NCBI GenBank assembly: GCA_035454645.1
Contig: DATIGR010000261.1
Location: 1-51,037 of the forward strand
Direction: 5' to 3'
Length of the DNA stretch: 51,037 nt
From: Burkholderiales bacterium
GTDB lineage: Bacteria; Pseudomonadota; Gammaproteobacteria; Burkholderiales; SG8-39
Part shown: in pieces, positions 47,436 through 51,037 of the stretch
Layout of the letters: the number at the start of each line of letters is the position of its first letter
Position numbering within the stretch: the first letter of the stretch is position 1
Position numbers and translations under genes: made by a program
Notes under the pieces: generated by a model
What the model saw: only the letters and a program-made list of their open reading frames with translations
What the model was told of the DNA's origin: nothing
The model's database searches: none

Positions 47436-48392
47436 ATGCAAATTCAGCGTAATCCGCAGCTGAACGACAAGGGCGAGCTGCAGCATCTGCTTTCCATCGA
47501 GGGGCTGCCGCGCGAGGTATTGCTGCAGATCCTCGATACCGCCGAGTCCTTCGTCGGCGTCACCGAGCGCGAAGTGAAGAAGGTGCCGCTGCTGCGCGGC
47601 AAGAGCGTCTTCAACCTGTTCTTCGAGCCCTCGACGCGCACCCGCACCACGTTCGAGATCGCCGCCAAGCGGCTTTCGGCCGACGTCATCAACCTGAACA
47701 TCACGGTATCCTCGGCGACCAAGGGCGAGTCGCTGCTCGACACCGTCGCCAACCTCTCGGCGATGCAGGCCGACATCTTCATCGTGCGCCACGAGTACTC
47801 GGGAGCGCCGTTCCTCATCGCGCGCCACGTCAAGCCGCACGAGCACGTGATCAACGCGGGCGACGGGCGCCACGCGCATCCGACACAAGGGCTGCTCGAC
47901 CTTTTCACCATCCGGCACTACAAGAAGGAGTTCGCGCGCCTTACGGTCGCCATCGTCGGCGACATCCTGCACTCGCGCGTCGCGCGCTCGCTGATCCACG
48001 GGCTGACCACGCTCAGCGTGCCCGAGGTGCGCGTCGTCGGTCCGCAGACGCTGCTTCCGAGCGGCGTGGAAGCGCTCGGCGTGCGGGTGTTCCACGATAT
48101 GCGCGTCGGCCTCAAGGACTGCGACGTGGTGGTCATGCTGCGGCTGCAGAACGAGCGCATGCGCGGCGCGCTCCTGCCCTCGGCGCAGGAGTACTTCAAG
48201 CACTACGGGCTGACCGCCGACAAGCTCGCGCTCGCGCGCCACGACGCCATCGTGATGCACCCCGGCCCGATGAACCGCGGCGTCGAGATCGATTCGACGG
48301 TCGCCGACGGCCCGCACTCGGTGATCCTGCCCCAGGTCACGTTCGGCATCGCCGTGCGCATGGCGGTAATGAGCATCGTCGCCGGAAATTAG
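47436..48392 (+). CDS. pyrB: Aspartate carbamoyltransferase catalytic subunit
   Basis: 318 aa from ATG 47436. [21 protein letters not shown] and HPGPMNRG. The track's upstream extension from 47034 overlaps pyrR out of frame. Confidence 0.96.
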   Translation: MQIQRNPQLNDKGELQHLLSIEGLPREVLLQILDTAESFVGVTEREVKKVPLLRGKSVFNLFFEPSTRTRTTFEIAAKRLSADVINLNITVSSATKGESLLDTVANLSAMQADIFIVRHEYSGAPFLIARHVKPHEHVINAGDGRHAHPTQGLLDLFTIRHYKKEFARLTVAIVGDILHSRVARSLIHGLTTLSVPEVRVVGPQTLLPSGVEALGVRVFHDMRVGLKDCDVVVMLRLQNERMRGALLPSAQEYFKHYGLTADKLALARHDAIVMHPGPMNRGVEIDSTVADGPHSVILPQVTFGIAVRMAVMSIVAGN

Positions 48393-48404
48393 GAAGACGC
48401 CACG

Positions 48405-49664
48405 ATGCGCCTTCATATCAAGAACGGGCTGGTGGTCGACCCTGCCAGCGGCAGGGAAGGGATCGGAGATATTTTCGTTGCCGAAGGGCGCATTGCCGAG
48501 TCCCTGAAAAATCCGGAGCGGGTCATCGATGCCAGAGGGCTCGTGGTCGCGCCCGGCTTCATCGACCTGTCGGCGCGGTTGCGCGAGCCGGGCTACGAAT
48601 ACAAGGCGACGCTCGAGTCCGAGATGGAAGCCGCGCTCGCCGGCGGCGTCACCAGCCTCGCCTGTCCTCCGGACACCGACCCGCCGCTCGACGAGCCGGG
48701 CCTGGTGGACATGCTGCGCCGGCGGGCGAAGGCGCTGTCGCGCGCGCGCGTCTATCCGGTGGGCGCGCTCACGGTGAAGCTCGCGGGCCAGGCGCTGACC
48801 GAGATGGGCCAGCTCACCGACGCGGGCTGCGTCGCCTTTTCGCAGGCGAATGCCCCGCTGGCCGACACCCAGGTGCTTTGGCGCGCGCTGCAGTACGCCG
48901 CGACCTTCGGCTATCCGGTGTGGCTGCGCGCCGAGGACGCCTGGCTCGCCAAGGGCGGGGTAGCGCACGACGGCGAAGTGGCGACGCGCCTCGGCCTGCC
49001 GGGCATCCCGCCCTTTGCCGAGACGATCGCGGCGGCGACGCTGCTCGAGCTCGTGCGCGCCACGCGCGCCCGGGTGCACGTGTGCCGCCTCTCGACCGCG
49101 GGCGGCGTCGAGCTCATGCGCCGAGCGAAGCAGGAGGGCCTGCCGGTCACCTGCGATGTCGCCATCCATCATGTCCATCTGTGCGACATGGACCTCGGCT
49201 ACTTCGACTCGCACTGCCGCCTCGAGCCCCCGCTGCGCAGCCAGCGCGACCGCGACGCGCTCTCGCGCGCGCTCGCCGAAGGCGTCATCGATTGCCTGTG
49301 CTCGGATCACACCCCGGTCGACGAGGACGGAAAGCACCTGCCGTTCGCGCAGGCCGAGCCCGGCGCGACCGGGCTCGAGCTGCTCCTGCCGCTCGCGCTG
49401 AAGTGGGGCGAGTCGCACCGGCTCGGGCTGCCGGCGACGCTCGCCCGCATCAGCTCCGGGCCGGCACGCATCCTGGGCGTCGCCGCGGGCCGCCTTGCCG
49501 CCGGCGCGCCCGCCGACCTGGCGATCTTCGATCCCGCGGCGCCGCTGCGCGTCGCGCCCGAGACGCTGAAGAGCCAGGGCAAGAACACGCCGTTTCTCGG
49601 CTACGAGCTCGCCGGCCGGGTGCGCTATACGATCGTCGACGGCAACGTGGTGTACGAGTCATGA
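48405..49664 (+). CDS. Dihydroorotase-like, probably non-catalytic ATCase partner (PyrC'/PyrX type)
   Basis: 419 aa with an amidohydrolase fold. At the position of the metal-binding D-x-H-x-H motif the sequence reads GFIDLSARLREPG, so both His are replaced by Ser and Arg. It lies directly after pyrB, as in Pseudomonas pyrB-pyrC'. Confidence 0.8.
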   Translation: MRLHIKNGLVVDPASGREGIGDIFVAEGRIAESLKNPERVIDARGLVVAPGFIDLSARLREPGYEYKATLESEMEAALAGGVTSLACPPDTDPPLDEPGLVDMLRRRAKALSRARVYPVGALTVKLAGQALTEMGQLTDAGCVAFSQANAPLADTQVLWRALQYAATFGYPVWLRAEDAWLAKGGVAHDGEVATRLGLPGIPPFAETIAAATLLELVRATRARVHVCRLSTAGGVELMRRAKQEGLPVTCDVAIHHVHLCDMDLGYFDSHCRLEPPLRSQRDRDALSRALAEGVIDCLCSDHTPVDEDGKHLPFAQAEPGATGLELLLPLALKWGESHRLGLPATLARISSGPARILGVAAGRLAAGAPADLAIFDPAAPLRVAPETLKSQGKNTPFLGYELAGRVRYTIVDGNVVYES

Positions 49665-50197
49665 CCCGGCTTGCTCTGCTGACGCTGATCCTCGCGCTGG
49701 CGGGTTGCGGCTCGACCAGCCGACCCGGCGGCTATTACCTGGACGACGGACCGCCCGCCCGGCCGCCGGCCGACCTCGAGCGCATCGCCGATGCGGTGCC
49801 GCGCGTGGAGCCGCTGCACAAGTACGCCAATCGCCCCTACACGGCGCTCGGCAGGGACTACGTGCCGATGACCTCGCTGCAGCCGTTCCGCCAGCGCGGC
49901 CTGGCGAGCTGGTACGGCAAGCGCTATCACGGTCAGAAGACTTCCAGCGGCGAGGTCTATGACATGTATGCGATGACCGCGGCGCATCCGACGCTGCCCA
50001 TCCCGAGCTATGCGCGCGTGACCAACCTCGCGAACGGCAGGAGCGTGGTCGTGCGCATCAACGACCGCGGACCGTTCCGCTCGGCGCGCATCATCGATGT
50101 CTCGTACGTCGCCGCGTACAAGCTCGGGTTCATCCAGGCGGGGCAGGCTCAGGTCGAGGTCGAAGCGATCCTGCCCGGCAGAATCGCCGGCTCATGA
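49661..50197 (+). CDS. rlpA: Septal-ring lytic transglycosylase RlpA-family lipoprotein (DPBB domain only)
   Basis: 178 aa from ATG 49661, which forms an ATGA overlap with the preceding stop. Lipobox LILALAGCGS, and the DPBB domain ASWYGKRYHGQKTSSGEVYDMYAMTAAHPTLPIPSYARVTNLANGRSVVVRINDRGPF. No C-terminal SPOR-like segment is visible. Confidence 0.88.
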   Translation: MTRLALLTLILALAGCGSTSRPGGYYLDDGPPARPPADLERIADAVPRVEPLHKYANRPYTALGRDYVPMTSLQPFRQRGLASWYGKRYHGQKTSSGEVYDMYAMTAAHPTLPIPSYARVTNLANGRSVVVRINDRGPFRSARIIDVSYVAAYKLGFIQAGQAQVEVEAILPGRIAGS

Positions 50198-50219
50198 TCC
50201 GCCGCGCTCCGGCACGCGG

Positions 50220-51037
50220 ATGAGAGCTGTCCTCGCCTTATTCCTGGTTGCGTCGTTTGCGGTCGAGGCGGCTTCGCCGCAGCCGCCGTCGATCATCGGC
50301 AGGTCGTGGGTGCTCGGCGATCTCTCGAGCGGGCAACTGCTCGCCGCGCAGAGGGCCGACCAGCGCTTCGCGCCCGCGTCGCTCACCAAGCTGATGACGG
50401 CGTACGTGGTGTTCGCGGCGCTGCGCAGCCGCAAGCTCGCGCTCGACCAGCGGGTCGAGGTGTCGGAGCGCGCCTGGAAGGCACCCGGCGCGCGCATGTT
50501 CATCGAGCCGCTCCGGCCGGTGACGGTCGACGAGCTGATCCGCGGCATGGTGGTGCAGTCGGGCAACGATGCCTGCATCGCGCTCGCCGAGGCGGTCGCC
50601 GGCAGCGAGGAGGCGTTCGCGCGGATGATGAACCGCGAGGCCGAACGGCTCGGCATGAAGGACACCCGGTTCATGAACGCCTCCGGGCTGCCCCACGCGC
50701 AGCACTACAGCACGGCGCAGGATCTGTACATCCTCGCGGCTGCGCTGATCCGCGATTTCCCCGACGAGTACGCGCAGTACTACTCGCAGAAGGAGTTTCG
50801 CTACAACAACATCCTGCAGATGAACCGCAACCGGCTGCTGTGGATCGACCCGAGCGTCGATGGCGTCAAGACGGGACAGACCGAGGCGGCCGGCTACTGC
50901 CTCATCGCCTCGTCGCGCCGCGGCGGACGGCGCCTGCTGTCGGTGCTGCTCGGCTCCACCTCGGAGGCGACGCGCGCCCAAGAGTCGCTCAAGCTGCTGA
51001 ACTGGGGGTACCGGTTCTTCGACAGCGTAAGGCTCTA
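50220..51037 (+). CDS. dacC: D-alanyl-D-alanine carboxypeptidase (PBP5/6 class), 3'-truncated by the window edge
   Basis: Not in the ORF track because no stop codon falls inside the window. ATG at 50220. Signal peptide MRAVLALFLVASFAVEA. SxxK motif ASLTKLMTAY, SxN motif QSGNDA and KTG motif GVKTGQT. The track ORFs 50192..50674 and 50238..50981 are antisense artefacts. Confidence 0.9.
   Translation, partial: MRAVLALFLVASFAVEAASPQPPSIIGRSWVLGDLSSGQLLAAQRADQRFAPASLTKLMTAYVVFAALRSRKLALDQRVEVSERAWKAPGARMFIEPLRPVTVDELIRGMVVQSGNDACIALAEAVAGSEEAFARMMNREAERLGMKDTRFMNASGLPHAQHYSTAQDLYILAAALIRDFPDEYAQYYSQKEFRYNNILQMNRNRLLWIDPSVDGVKTGQTEAAGYCLIASSRRGGRRLLSVLLGSTSEATRAQESLKLLNWGYRFFDSVRL

Overview
High-GC chromosomal segment (roughly two-thirds G+C by eye) whose gene order looks betaproteobacterial: gyrB / topB-smg-dprA-LysM / def-fmt-rsmB-DUF4390-ntrY-ntrX / metH / glnK-amtB / ubiK-comM / accBC-prmA / mpl / aroE-mtgA-mgtE / hemL-thiED / rubredoxin-yqgE-ruvX-pyrR-pyrB-pyrC'-rlpA-dacC. 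I call about 57 protein genes. They are tightly packed, with many 4-nt ATGA/GTGA start-stop overlaps. I found no tRNA, rRNA, CRISPR array, IS element, transposase, integrase or recognisable defence island, so this is mostly core housekeeping DNA rather than an accessory island. Two genes are missing from the supplied ORF track. One is a 32-aa ribosomal protein THX gene (14314..14412, minus strand). The other is a 3'-open D-Ala-D-Ala carboxypeptidase gene that runs off the window end (50220..51037). Several track ORFs needed start corrections: lysM, fmt, rsmB, metH, ligC, amtB, mpl, hemL, thiE, pyrB, rlpA and hit. The observations most worth a second look are: (1) a six-gene MarR-associated operon that joins bona fide LigA/LigB/LigC (protocatechuate 4,5-cleavage) to a zeta-GST isomerase and two FAH-family enzymes, in place of the canonical LigI/J/K lower pathway; (2) a structured metH leader of about 110 nt that ends in an intrinsic terminator 5 nt before the ATG, which is a candidate riboswitch or attenuator of undetermined class; (3) fmt apparently needing a CTG start, in frame with def; (4) an NtrX-like regulator with a degenerate AAA+ domain; (5) a sigma-54/NtrC-type control region in front of a porin-glnK-amtB operon; (6) two local low-GC, atypical-codon patches inside tlpA and mpl. 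I could not identify a clearly novel multi-gene system beyond the hybrid aromatic operon. All functional assignments rest on motif-level recognition from the translations, not on database searches.
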